Shown one piece after another: positions 26,864-35,930 of a DNA stretch of 64,000 bases. The notes under the pieces are model-generated. The model did no database searches and was not told the origin of the DNA. It worked only from the letters and a program-made list of their open reading frames with translations. Position numbers and translations under genes: made by a program. Every line of letters begins with the position of its first letter. Positions within the stretch are counted from its first letter, which is position 1. Origin of the DNA: an uncultured virus (IMG/VR IMGVR_UViG_3300011215_000001) (lineage: Duplodnaviria > Heunggongvirae > Uroviricota > Caudoviricetes). The DNA lies in the IMG/VR virus record IMGVR_UViG_3300011215_000001; one strand, written 5' to 3'.

Positions 26864-27979
26864 TTGAAGATGTCTGATGGTCTAGATTATGACTTACAGA
26901 CTGTTGATGAAAGAATGAATGTAGTAGTAGACATAATTAATAAAAATGACGATAGGTTAGTTTCATATTATGACAATTATTACAACCCTCATGTGAATCA
27001 AACAGGGTCATTAAGTGATAAGTCTAGAATGAGTAAAGACCTAGAAAGTCTAGCTAACTACCTGCTTTATGCAGAAGATAGCTCTGCAAATGAGGATACA
27101 ATAACTGAATACAAAGAAAAACGAAATTTAAAACGAGAAGCTTCTATTGAAAACATGATTAAGGTAAGAAGCTTTAAAAAAGAAAACAACAAAACAATAA
27201 TGAAAGTTTCTAAGGTAAAAGTAAACTCGAAAGACAGATTAGAACATCCAGAGCTTAAAGAATCTGGGGAAGTCATTAAAAGACTTACCAAAATGATTGA
27301 AACTGGATTAGACTCACTAGGCAATAAGTTAACAGAAGTAGAAATAAGAAAATTAAAATGGATAAGAACAGATATCCAAAAAGATGAAATAGTTGTAAAG
27401 ACAGAATTAAAAAAATACATAGAATTTCAAAGCGTTACTAAACCAGAGAAAGACCATGAAGCTCTTTCGTATATTCAATTTGATAATGTAGAAATAATTA
27501 GATTGCTAATTGAAAATTATAGTGAACTTAAACAATCATCGTATGATGATACATTTGGATATATGAAGCTTATTCTTATAACACTAGAAAGTTTAATAGA
27601 AAGTACAAACTTTGAACCATATATATTAGAAATAATCAATATGAAAATTGATGGTGTTCAATATGATGAAATGGTTTCTAGATTGGATGAAATTTACAAT
27701 GTCAAAATGACAAATCCAAAGTTAAGTAAAATGACTAGAGAGACTATCCCTAAGATGATTGTTGAAACTTATAAGAACCAAAGAGAAGAATGGTACTATA
27801 CATATTTCGAAAAGGGCAATTACAAAACTTGCCAAAATTGCAAGAGAAATCTTCTTGCTATTACAAAATACTTCTCACCAGACAAACAACAAAAAACAGG
27901 TTTAAAGCCTGTATGTCGAAAGTGCAGAAAAATAAAGGAAAATTCTATACATAAAAGCTTACCAGACAAAAACCTATAA
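26864..27979 (+). CDS. hypothetical protein with HTH-like region and C-terminal Cys4 zinc ribbon
   Basis: 371 aa, AGAGGGTG RBS; CQNC...CRKC; ILEIINMKIDGVQYDEMVSRL sigma4-like helix pattern. Confidence 0.75.
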   Translation: MKMSDGLDYDLQTVDERMNVVVDIINKNDDRLVSYYDNYYNPHVNQTGSLSDKSRMSKDLESLANYLLYAEDSSANEDTITEYKEKRNLKREASIENMIKVRSFKKENNKTIMKVSKVKVNSKDRLEHPELKESGEVIKRLTKMIETGLDSLGNKLTEVEIRKLKWIRTDIQKDEIVVKTELKKYIEFQSVTKPEKDHEALSYIQFDNVEIIRLLIENYSELKQSSYDDTFGYMKLILITLESLIESTNFEPYILEIINMKIDGVQYDEMVSRLDEIYNVKMTNPKLSKMTRETIPKMIVETYKNQREEWYYTYFEKGNYKTCQNCKRNLLAITKYFSPDKQQKTGLKPVCRKCRKIKENSIHKSLPDKNL

Positions 27980-28098
27980 TTTATAGGCTAGATTTGACTA
28001 TTAAAAATGTAAGAGTGCAAGAGGGACTACTAAGGTAGTTGTTTCTTGAAAAAAATAAAAAATTATAAAATGCATTAATGCGTAAAAGGAGAAAAATA

Positions 28099-28386
28099 AT
28101 GACAAAAGAGCAATTTATTCGTAGTTTAGCAGAGGCTAAAGGTATTACAATCAAGCAAGCAAAGGAAGAAACTAATCGTGTATTCGACCATGTAGTTGAA
28201 GTAGTTGCAGGTCTTGGTGATAATGAAAAATTAGATATTACAGGTGTAGTACAGTTCGTAGTTACTGATGTTCCTGCTCGTAAAGGACGTAACCCACAAA
28301 CAGGTGCAGAAATTGATGTAGATGCTACTCGTAAAGTGAAAGCAAAGCCAATGACTGTTCTTAAAAAAGCTGTTAAAGGCAACTAA
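28099..28386 (+). CDS. hup: HU family DNA-binding protein
   Basis: MTKEQFIRSLAE...PARKGRNPQTGAEI...LKKAVK; AAAGGAG RBS. Confidence 0.92.
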   Translation: MTKEQFIRSLAEAKGITIKQAKEETNRVFDHVVEVVAGLGDNEKLDITGVVQFVVTDVPARKGRNPQTGAEIDVDATRKVKAKPMTVLKKAVKGN

Positions 28387-28439
28387 TTAGTATAATTTGT
28401 AAGCTTTCATGGTATAATTAATACCTTTAATAAGTACAA

Positions 28440-28565
28440 TAGCTATAAAACGTATAAAGGTAACAAATACTTTTATACGTTTTATATTATTTTTAAAGTG
28501 TTTTATATTAATATTAGATGTTTATAACATTTTATATGTTTAATACCTTTAAAACCTTTTAAAAA
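28440..28565. repeat. AT-rich repeat array D
   Basis: AATACTTTTA, ACGTTTTA, AACATTTTA, AAACCTTTTAAAA units like arrays A-C. Confidence 0.5.
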
Positions 28566-28654
28566 TAATACAGCATCATGTTTCTAAAAATAATAAAAAT
28601 TATTTTTTAAAAAAGTATTGATATTTTAAAAATCACATGGTACTATATTAATAG

Positions 28655-29500
28655 TTAATAAAACAAGTACTACTAAAACTGAATAAAGTACTAAGTGGCT
28701 TGGCACTGATAAGTTTATGAAAATAAACGAAAAGTCATTTGACAAATGATTGCCATTAAAATGGTCAATCCAAGCAATTCAGAGTTTCTAGTCTTTATTA
28801 TAGTAATGGGTAATAGAGATAGCTTTTGACGCAGGGAGTTAAACGACACTTGAGGATAACATTGTAGAGTGTTTATGAGTTTGGTAAATTCATATTCTCC
28901 AACCAAAGCTGAATAAAAAGTGAAAACTAACTGAAAGGTAATATAGTCTGAGGTTTGACAGCTAAAGGCGATTACCAATTATCAACGAGAATTGTAAACA
29001 GAGGTTTGCATAGTATCGAGGATAATAGCCAGAGTATCTTGTCAGAGAAATGGTATAAAGGAGTGTAGTATTTTGATTTTCAAAAGAAATCGAAGCTACC
29101 AGAACAGCACTTCTTTAGTCAAAGAGAATGATAATGGATATAGCATATATTGGATGAATATAATCTTACAAAAAGCGAAAGTCTGTTCTGGTAAGTAGTG
29201 AAAGCGACTTAAGCCCTCACAATGAAGAATGAGGGGTCTAGAGGGTTGCAAGCCCAAAGGATTTAATAAATTGTTGCATGGTTGACTTAGCGGTTATTTA
29301 GTGCAAGCGATTGTACACAGAATACGGATTTATTGAGTAGCTACTTATTGCAGAGGTACAGCATCCTCTTTAAATAAATGCAGTCGTGAACATTACTGTA
29401 TCGCAGAAATGGTTACAGTGGATAAGAGAAGAATACATAATGTCTCTAAAGATGTTCGATGTAAAGTGTAATCTCAGCTTTTACAGATATATTGAATGTT
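28655..29500 (+). ncRNA. large structured ncRNA candidate (ROOL/GOLLD class)
   Basis: TTGATA-N17-TACTAT promoter (28618-28646); ~800 nt with no credible ORF, raised GC, many hairpins (TACCAGAACAG 29097-29107 / CTGTTCTGGTA 29183-29193); directly 5' of the tRNA array. Confidence 0.65.
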
Positions 29501-29516
29501 TCCACATTCATTATAT

Positions 29517-29590
29517 GGACTTTTAGCTCAGTTGGTTAGAGCCCCCTGCTCATAACAGGGTGGTCATAGGTTCGAGTCCTATAGAGTCCA
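29517..29590 (+). tRNA. tRNA CAT (Ile2-like or Met)
   Basis: cloverleaf, CCCTG-CTCATAA-CAGGG; body resembles Bacillus tRNA-Ile2. Confidence 0.9.
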
Positions 29591-29599
29591 TCTTATTAT

Positions 29600-29672
29600 G
29601 GGGCATTGGCGAAAGGGTTAACGCATCTGACTTTCTATCAGACATTTGCAGGTTCGAGTCCTGTATGCCTTA
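29600..29672 (+). tRNA. tRNA-Glu (TTC), atypical
   Basis: TCTGA-CTTTCTA-TCAGA; GGTTCGAGTCC T-arm; pyrimidine at position 37. Confidence 0.75.
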
Positions 29673-29730
29673 TTGGTGTTACTTTACACAAAGATTTTAT
29701 TAAGATTGCGAGGCTACCGCATAGTAGTCA

Positions 29731-29810
29731 AATTGAGTGGTTTATATAGAAGCAATAATTCATCACCTCCTTTCTATAATGGTTATTTATTTCTAAACCA
29801 CTCTAAATTT
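29731..29810 (+). ncRNA. hairpin RNA carrying a 16S anti-Shine-Dalgarno sequence
   Basis: GAGTGGTTTA/TAAACCACTC outer stem; ATCACCTCCTTTCTA at 29762-29776. Confidence 0.45.
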
Positions 29811-29882
29811 GTCCTATAGCTCAGTTGGTAGAGCACTTGACTGTTAATCAAGGGGTCACAGGTTCGAGCCCTGTTGGGACAG
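29810..29882 (+). tRNA. tRNA-Asn (GTT)
   Basis: CTTGA-CTGTTAA-TCAAG, canonical cloverleaf. Confidence 0.93.
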
Positions 29883-29893
29883 TATATTATTAT

Positions 29894-29968
29894 TGGCGTG
29901 TGGCTCAGTCGGGTGGGGCATCTCTTATTAGATGGAGAAGGTCGTTGGTTCAAATCCAACCACGCTGT
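29894..29968 (+). tRNA. tRNA-like gene, Pro-like body with aberrant 8-nt anticodon loop (possible pseudo-tRNA)
   Basis: TGGCGTG/CACGCTG acceptor, GTTGG-TTCAAAT-CCAAC T-arm, TCTCT-TATTAGAT-GGAGA anticodon arm. Confidence 0.55.
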
Positions 29969-29975
29969 ACATTAT

Positions 29976-30050
29976 TGCAGAGAGGACAAATGGTAAGTCG
30001 TTGGGTTCATAACCCAAAGGAGCAAGTTCGATTCTTGCCTCATGCAACCA
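29976..30050 (+). tRNA. tRNA-Met (CAT), initiator-like
   Basis: TTGGG-TTCATAA-CCCAA (three G-C pairs), bulged acceptor, encoded CCA. Confidence 0.8.
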
Positions 30051-30054
30051 TACT

Positions 30055-30140
30055 GGGAAAGTAAACAAGTGGCTAAAGTAGAGGGACTGTAACTCCCTTC
30101 CTTTCGAGGTTCGTGTGTTCGAATCACACCTTTCCCACCA
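30055..30140 (+). tRNA. tRNA-Tyr (GTA)
   Basis: AGGGA-CTGTAAC-TCCCT, long variable arm, CCA. Confidence 0.9.
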
Positions 30141-30143
30141 ATT

Positions 30144-30233
30144 GGAGTAATGGGTGAGTGGCTGATACCACCTTCCTGCTAAGAAGGCAACGGAGAAATT
30201 CGTTCGAGGGTTCGAATCCCTCTTATTCCTCCA
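30144..30233 (+). tRNA. tRNA-Ser (GCT)
   Basis: CCTTC-CTGCTAA-GAAGG, long variable arm, CCA. Confidence 0.9.
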
Positions 30234-30238
30234 ATAAT

Positions 30239-30314
30239 GGACAGATAACTCAGTTGGTAGAGTGTCAGACTGAAAATCTGATGGTCGTAGGTTCAATTCC
30301 TACTCTGTCCACCA
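30239..30314 (+). tRNA. tRNA-Phe (GAA)
   Basis: TCAGA-CTGAAAA-TCTGA, CCA. Confidence 0.93.
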
Positions 30315-30430
30315 AAAAATAAAAGTGAATAAGTTAATACATAATCTGTTACGAGCAATTCTAGATAAATCTCGTATAAAAAAATAGCTAGTGAATTTTT
30401 TCAGTTTTTTATCCTAGCATATATTGTTTT

Positions 30431-30503
30431 CTCCATATAGTGTAATCGGATAACACAAGGGACTTCTAATCCCTTACTCTAGGTTCGAGTCCTAGTTTGG
30501 AGG
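30431..30503 (+). tRNA. tRNA-Arg (TCT)
   Basis: AGGGA-CTTCTAA-TCCCT; CTAGG-TTCGAGT-CCTAG T-arm. Confidence 0.88.
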
Positions 30504-30512
30504 TATATCAAA

Positions 30513-30548
30513 GCCCTGTTGATGCAATCGTGTCAGCAGGGTTTTTTG
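30513..30548 (+). terminator. intrinsic terminator ending the RNA operon
   Basis: CCCTGTTGA..TCAGCAGGG then TTTTTT. Confidence 0.8.
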
Positions 30549-30570
30549 TATGGGAAAAAGGAGTGTTTAA

Positions 30571-31806
30571 ATGAGAAGTTACAAGAATACAGAAGGTGAA
30601 AGAGTTGTCTTGACAAGAGAACATCTTGAAACATCTGTTCGTATTAAAAAAGAATTACAAAAAGCATCATCTTCAAATAGATGTTCTTGGGTAATGCATA
30701 AAAAAATGATGGAGCAAGAAGGGTTCTTTGACTCTGAAAATAGCGAAACATATAGATTATGCATTAAAGAATATCAAAGGAAAAATGGTGGTTTTAATTT
30801 CATACCTGTTCAAGAAACAAGTTTACAAAGTATCAAAGATGCTGTTGGAGAAATTGCATATTCAAAAGAAGAAGCGAAAGTTGAAGTTAGAAAACTAGGA
30901 AAGCTTCGTAAAGATTTAGCAAAAACAGGTGTAATTACAGAACAGATAAGACAAGCTTTCTTGAATGAAATTGATTGGAAGTTTCCAGAATATGTACATG
31001 AAAGTCTAGAGACTAATAAGGAAAAAACTCTCGTTTTAACAATTAGTGATTGGCATGTTGGTGCTGTTATAAATGATTCAAATGGTAATAATTACAATTA
31101 TGAAATAGCGAAAAAAAGAGTCAACAAACTGGTATATGAAGTTGTTGAGTATGCAAAAACATTTGGTATCAATGAAATAGTTGTAGCAAACATTGGGGAT
31201 ATGATTGAAGGATTATACATGAGGAATTTTAATCAACCCTACGAAGCTGAGTTTGATTTATCAGAACAAATATCAAAAGTAACAAAGTTAATACTAGAAC
31301 TTTTATTAAAATTATCTTCTGTAGCACACGTTAAATATTTTGGGATTGCAGGGAATCATGATAGATGGTTTTTTGATAAAAACACTGTAGATTCAGATAA
31401 TGCAATGAAGATAATCAATGAGTCAATACAAACAGTAATTGATTTAACTAGAAATAAAAGAATTGAATACATAGAAGTTGAAAATGGATTTAACTATGAA
31501 AAAACCCTTGATATTAATGGTAAGAAAATCAAATTTATACATGGTGACTTCGAAGGAAAGACAATTGATATATCGAAACATAGTGCTCTTGAAAATGAAA
31601 ACATTGACTGTATTGTAATGGGGCATTATCACAATTTCCAAGTTATGGACTTGAATTATGGAAAGCTAGGTATAATAAACGCCTCTTTAATGGGAAGGAA
31701 TAGTTATTCTAGAAAATTCAAATCAGCTACAAATGCTTCTCAAACAATACTGATAGTAGATAAGAACAAAATCATGCCAATTAAAGTTGATTTACAAATT
31801 ACATAG
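30571..31806 (+). CDS. calcineurin-like metallophosphoesterase (SPbeta YonJ-like position)
   Basis: ISDWHVG, GDMIEG, GNHD, IHGD, GHYH motifs. Confidence 0.85.
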   Translation: MRSYKNTEGERVVLTREHLETSVRIKKELQKASSSNRCSWVMHKKMMEQEGFFDSENSETYRLCIKEYQRKNGGFNFIPVQETSLQSIKDAVGEIAYSKEEAKVEVRKLGKLRKDLAKTGVITEQIRQAFLNEIDWKFPEYVHESLETNKEKTLVLTISDWHVGAVINDSNGNNYNYEIAKKRVNKLVYEVVEYAKTFGINEIVVANIGDMIEGLYMRNFNQPYEAEFDLSEQISKVTKLILELLLKLSSVAHVKYFGIAGNHDRWFFDKNTVDSDNAMKIINESIQTVIDLTRNKRIEYIEVENGFNYEKTLDINGKKIKFIHGDFEGKTIDISKHSALENENIDCIVMGHYHNFQVMDLNYGKLGIINASLMGRNSYSRKFKSATNASQTILIVDKNKIMPIKVDLQIT

Positions 31807-31825
31807 TATATCGGAGTTGGTAGAA

Positions 31826-32743
31826 ATGAATAAAAAAACTTGCAATGCCTGTAATAAAGCTAGACAAGTGAATGAGTTTTACACATCAAATTCAATTATG
31901 TTTTCTGATGGTAGAGTTCCAGTGTGCAAGAAATGTCTAAAAGACATGATAGATGAACATAACATTGATTCAGTGAAAATGACATTACAAAGAATCGACA
32001 AGCCTTTTATTGCTAAAGTGTGGATATCTGCCGAGCAAAACGAAGGTGATACTGTAGGGAATTATTTTAGAATGATTAACTCCTTACAACAATACAAAAA
32101 TATGAACTGGTCAAACTCAGATTTTGAGGGTGAGCAAGGTGCTGATATATACAAGCATAGATTTGATGATATAGACAATATTGAAGAAATCGAGACAGAA
32201 GATGGTAAAGTGATATCACTTGATAAAGATATAGCTTTAAAATTTGGTTCTGGATTTACGAATATGGAATATCTTCAAATGGAAAAGTTTTATGCTGATA
32301 TGGACAGTACTCACGACATTAACACACCACAATTAAGGAAACAGTTGATTTATTTATGCAAACTTCAAATAAAAATGGATAGAGCATTAGAGAGTGAAGA
32401 ATCTGGTGATTTCAAAAAATACAATGATGCTTATGAAGCAATATTAAGAAGTTCTGCACTAGCTCCTAAAGACAGAAAAAATTCTAGTGAGCAAAGTGGC
32501 ATGAGAAGCTTTAGTGCTATATTCGAAGAAGTTGAAAAATCTGGTTTTGTAGAACCATATCCAATTGAAGAAAATATGGATTTAGTTGATGTTTCAATGC
32601 GTGAATATATTAATTATGTAAGGGTTATGTCTGGACAACCAAAACTAGAAAGAACACCTATAGAAGTACTAGAGAAACTTGAAAAAGTTAATGGTGCTAT
32701 TAAATCATTGTCAGAGATATATGGTGATAATGATGATAAGTAA
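31826..32743 (+). CDS. putative terminase small subunit with N-terminal zinc finger
   Basis: CNAC...CKKC; immediately upstream of TerL. Confidence 0.6.
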   Translation: MNKKTCNACNKARQVNEFYTSNSIMFSDGRVPVCKKCLKDMIDEHNIDSVKMTLQRIDKPFIAKVWISAEQNEGDTVGNYFRMINSLQQYKNMNWSNSDFEGEQGADIYKHRFDDIDNIEEIETEDGKVISLDKDIALKFGSGFTNMEYLQMEKFYADMDSTHDINTPQLRKQLIYLCKLQIKMDRALESEESGDFKKYNDAYEAILRSSALAPKDRKNSSEQSGMRSFSAIFEEVEKSGFVEPYPIEENMDLVDVSMREYINYVRVMSGQPKLERTPIEVLEKLEKVNGAIKSLSEIYGDNDDK

Positions 32744-34421
32744 ACAAGAATACAAGATGAAAAGAGTAAAAAGTTTTAAAGAAATGGAATCTGAGTGGAG
32801 AAAGTATTTGATGCTTTGGCGTTCAAAGCCAGATTTATTTATAGATTTCATACTACCGAAGGATTCAAAGTTTCAATTAAAACTTTATCAAAGAGTAATA
32901 CTTAGAGCAATTTTAAGGTATCGAAATACATATTTTACCCTTACAAGGGGTTCTTCAAAATCCTTTCTCCAAATACTAGGAAAATATCTAGAATGCATGT
33001 TTTATCCTAATGCTCAAATAATGATAACAAGTCCTCAAAAGAACATGTCTGCTCAAATTTCACAACAAAACTTAGAATCTATATGGAATTTTATGCCTAT
33101 CTTAAAAAATGAAGTTAGGGTTATTAAGTTTGAAAAAGACTATACAAAATTAATATTCCACAATGGTTCTGTTCTTGACTGTGTTGCCAATAATGAATCA
33201 AGTCGTGGTCTTAGAAGACATCATATGAGTGTAGAAGAAATTATTCATGAGCGTTTCGATGAAGAAAATTTCAACTCAGTAATTAAGCCAATTATGGCAA
33301 ATGATAGAATTACACCTCATGGATACGACCCTAACGAGTTGAAAAAGAAACAAACAATTGTTACAACAGCAGGGCAAAAACAAAGTTTTGCTTTCCAACT
33401 ACAGAAAGAATTTTTGCAAGAAATGATTAATGGTGAATCTGCTTTTGTGCTTGGTGCAGGTTATAGGCTTGCGACAAGTTTTGGAATGCTTTCATTAGAT
33501 TACATAAATGATATGAAAGAATCTGAATCGTATTCTCCACTTGTTTTCCAAAGAGAGATGGAGTCTATATGGTCTGGTTCTAGTGAAGATTCATTAATTG
33601 ATTTAGATGCATTTAGAAAAGCAAGAGTGATTAAGGATGCAGAAGAAAAAGCGATTAGTGATAAGAATGTTGAGTACGTTCTAGCTTATGACGTTGCAAG
33701 GTCAGAAGGTAATGCAAATGCACAATCAGCTCTAGTTGTTATAAAAATTACAGATAGAGGCGATGGAACATACATAAAACATGTTGTGAATATTTACACT
33801 TTTGAAGGTACACATTTTTTGGAACAAGCAAGATTCTTAAAGAAAAAAGTCAATGATTTCAGAGCGAGAGTTCTAGTGGTAGATGCTAATGGTTTAGGTC
33901 AAGGATTAGTAGACCAATTAATTCTTGAAATTGACTCTAATCCACCTTACGAAGTAATTAATGATGACAGATACAAGAAATTTAGAACTTCTAACAGTAT
34001 TCCTATGGTGTACACTATCAAGTCTCAATCAAAAGAGAACAATGCAAGTGATATACATACAGTATTTATGAACTGGGTAGGAAATAATCACGTTAAGTTT
34101 TTGGAATCTGAATCGCAAGCTAAAAGTAGATTTAGAGATGATGACAAGTTGGTACAAAAATTAAGACCATATTCAATGACTGATTTTTTACAAGATGAAA
34201 TTATGAATCTTGAATACAAATCGTCTGGTTCAAGTATTCAAGTAAAACAAGTGTCTAAGTCTATTCAAAAAGACAGATTTTCAGCTTTAGAGTATGGATT
34301 GTATTGGATTTACCTTGAAGAAAAGAAAAACAAAATTAAAGCATCTGAAAGCTTGGGAGATATTAATTCCTTCTTTATGGGAAGGGGTTCTAGGCATTCA
34401 CTATTAAAAGGTAGGAGATAA
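32733..34421 (+). CDS. terL: terminase large subunit
   Basis: LTRGSSKS Walker A, SSRGLRR..SVEE Walker B, IVTTAG, nuclease LAYDVA...KDRFSA. Confidence 0.9.
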   Translation: MISKQEYKMKRVKSFKEMESEWRKYLMLWRSKPDLFIDFILPKDSKFQLKLYQRVILRAILRYRNTYFTLTRGSSKSFLQILGKYLECMFYPNAQIMITSPQKNMSAQISQQNLESIWNFMPILKNEVRVIKFEKDYTKLIFHNGSVLDCVANNESSRGLRRHHMSVEEIIHERFDEENFNSVIKPIMANDRITPHGYDPNELKKKQTIVTTAGQKQSFAFQLQKEFLQEMINGESAFVLGAGYRLATSFGMLSLDYINDMKESESYSPLVFQREMESIWSGSSEDSLIDLDAFRKARVIKDAEEKAISDKNVEYVLAYDVARSEGNANAQSALVVIKITDRGDGTYIKHVVNIYTFEGTHFLEQARFLKKKVNDFRARVLVVDANGLGQGLVDQLILEIDSNPPYEVINDDRYKKFRTSNSIPMVYTIKSQSKENNASDIHTVFMNWVGNNHVKFLESESQAKSRFRDDDKLVQKLRPYSMTDFLQDEIMNLEYKSSGSSIQVKQVSKSIQKDRFSALEYGLYWIYLEEKKNKIKASESLGDINSFFMGRGSRHSLLKGRR

Positions 34422-34423
34422 AT

Positions 34424-35914
34424 ATGAGTGAAAAAAGTAATACAGATTTCAAGAGAGAAAGTATTCCCTTAGATTTCGCCAAGCTAGCATCAATGATAGT
34501 TAAGGATTTGAATAGTAATTCAAGTTCTCTATTTAAGAAGTACACAAAAGAAAATCTGACTACATTTCTTAAAGACCCAATAAAAAACTCTAAGAATTTA
34601 CAAGCATTAAGTGCTTACATATATGATTCAAGTACACATTACAGAAGATTAATAAATTACTATGCAAAAATGGCGACACTTGATTACTATGTTGAACCAT
34701 TTGATTTAGATTTATCTAAAAAAGTTAATGTTAAAACATTTAAGAATGCTTATCAAAAAGCTTCTAGTTATGTTGAATTACTGAATATTAAGCATGAAGT
34801 AGGTAAAGCGTTAGTGACTGCTTGGAAGATAGGGACATTCTATGGATATGAGGTAAAAACTAAGGATTCTTATTTCATTATGGAGCTACCATATCAATAT
34901 TGCCAAATTAGTGGAATTTACGATGGCGTAATGACTTTTAGCTTTGATGTAACCTATTTTGACAAATATCCAGAACAACTTGAATTTTATCCAAAAGAAT
35001 TTGGTAGGTTGTACAAAAAATTCAAAAATGATGGTCTTAAATGGAAAGAAATTGACCCTAAAAATACAGTATGTATAAAAATTGGGGAAGATTCTTACAC
35101 AGATTTACCTCCTTTCATTGGTGTATTAGCAGATTTGTTCGACATTGCAGACTACAAAGAGCTAAGAAAAATCAATGAAGTATTAGGGACATTTAGATTT
35201 ATTGTAGAAAAAATTCCTATTAGAGAAAATTCTGAAAAAAATAACGATTTCTCGATTGATTTAGGAACAGTAAAAATGTTTCACAATAAAACAGCTAGCT
35301 TATTACCAGATGAGATAGGTATTTTCTCAACACCATTTGATATTGATGTTGTTGAATTTTCAAAAGACAAAACTAATAAAGATACTGTTGATGAAGCAGA
35401 ACAATCTCTTTATACAGCAAGTGGTACAAGCCAATTACTGTTCAATAGTGTTAAGTCAACTCAATCTGGATTAGCAAAGAGCATAAATGTAGATGAATCT
35501 GAAATATTCCTAACTTTAAGACAGCTTGAAAGAATTATCTCAACAAAAATCAAAGACGAAATAAAAGGTTCATTCAAATTTAGACTAAAAATACTTAACA
35601 ATACAATATTCAATAAAAAAGAAAATATCGAAATGTACTTAAAGAATGCTCAGTTTGGGTTGCCTGTAAAAACAATCTTATGTGCATCTTTGGGTTTAAG
35701 CCCAAGTGCTACTACCTCTATGGCTTTCTTAGAAAATGAAGTTTTAGGCTTAAATGATTCATTCATTCCATTGTCTAGTTCTCATACACAGACATCTAAA
35801 GAAAATAATTCTGATGAAGATAAAAATGGAAGACCAAATTCTTCTGATGAAGAGATTTCAGAAAAAGGTACAGAACAAAGAGAGAGAGAAGACAACGCTA
35901 ATAGAGAGCAATAA
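34424..35914 (+). CDS. portal protein
   Basis: 496 aa after TerL; C-terminal PLSSSHTQ...GRP tail. Confidence 0.8.
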   Translation: MSEKSNTDFKRESIPLDFAKLASMIVKDLNSNSSSLFKKYTKENLTTFLKDPIKNSKNLQALSAYIYDSSTHYRRLINYYAKMATLDYYVEPFDLDLSKKVNVKTFKNAYQKASSYVELLNIKHEVGKALVTAWKIGTFYGYEVKTKDSYFIMELPYQYCQISGIYDGVMTFSFDVTYFDKYPEQLEFYPKEFGRLYKKFKNDGLKWKEIDPKNTVCIKIGEDSYTDLPPFIGVLADLFDIADYKELRKINEVLGTFRFIVEKIPIRENSEKNNDFSIDLGTVKMFHNKTASLLPDEIGIFSTPFDIDVVEFSKDKTNKDTVDEAEQSLYTASGTSQLLFNSVKSTQSGLAKSINVDESEIFLTLRQLERIISTKIKDEIKGSFKFRLKILNNTIFNKKENIEMYLKNAQFGLPVKTILCASLGLSPSATTSMAFLENEVLGLNDSFIPLSSSHTQTSKENNSDEDKNGRPNSSDEEISEKGTEQREREDNANREQ

Positions 35915-35930
35915 TTAGGGGGGTGAGAAA

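Noticed and set aside
28715..30296. ORFs 28715..28978, 29825..30064 and 29928..30296
   Set aside because: Overlap the ncRNA candidate and tRNA genes; spurious
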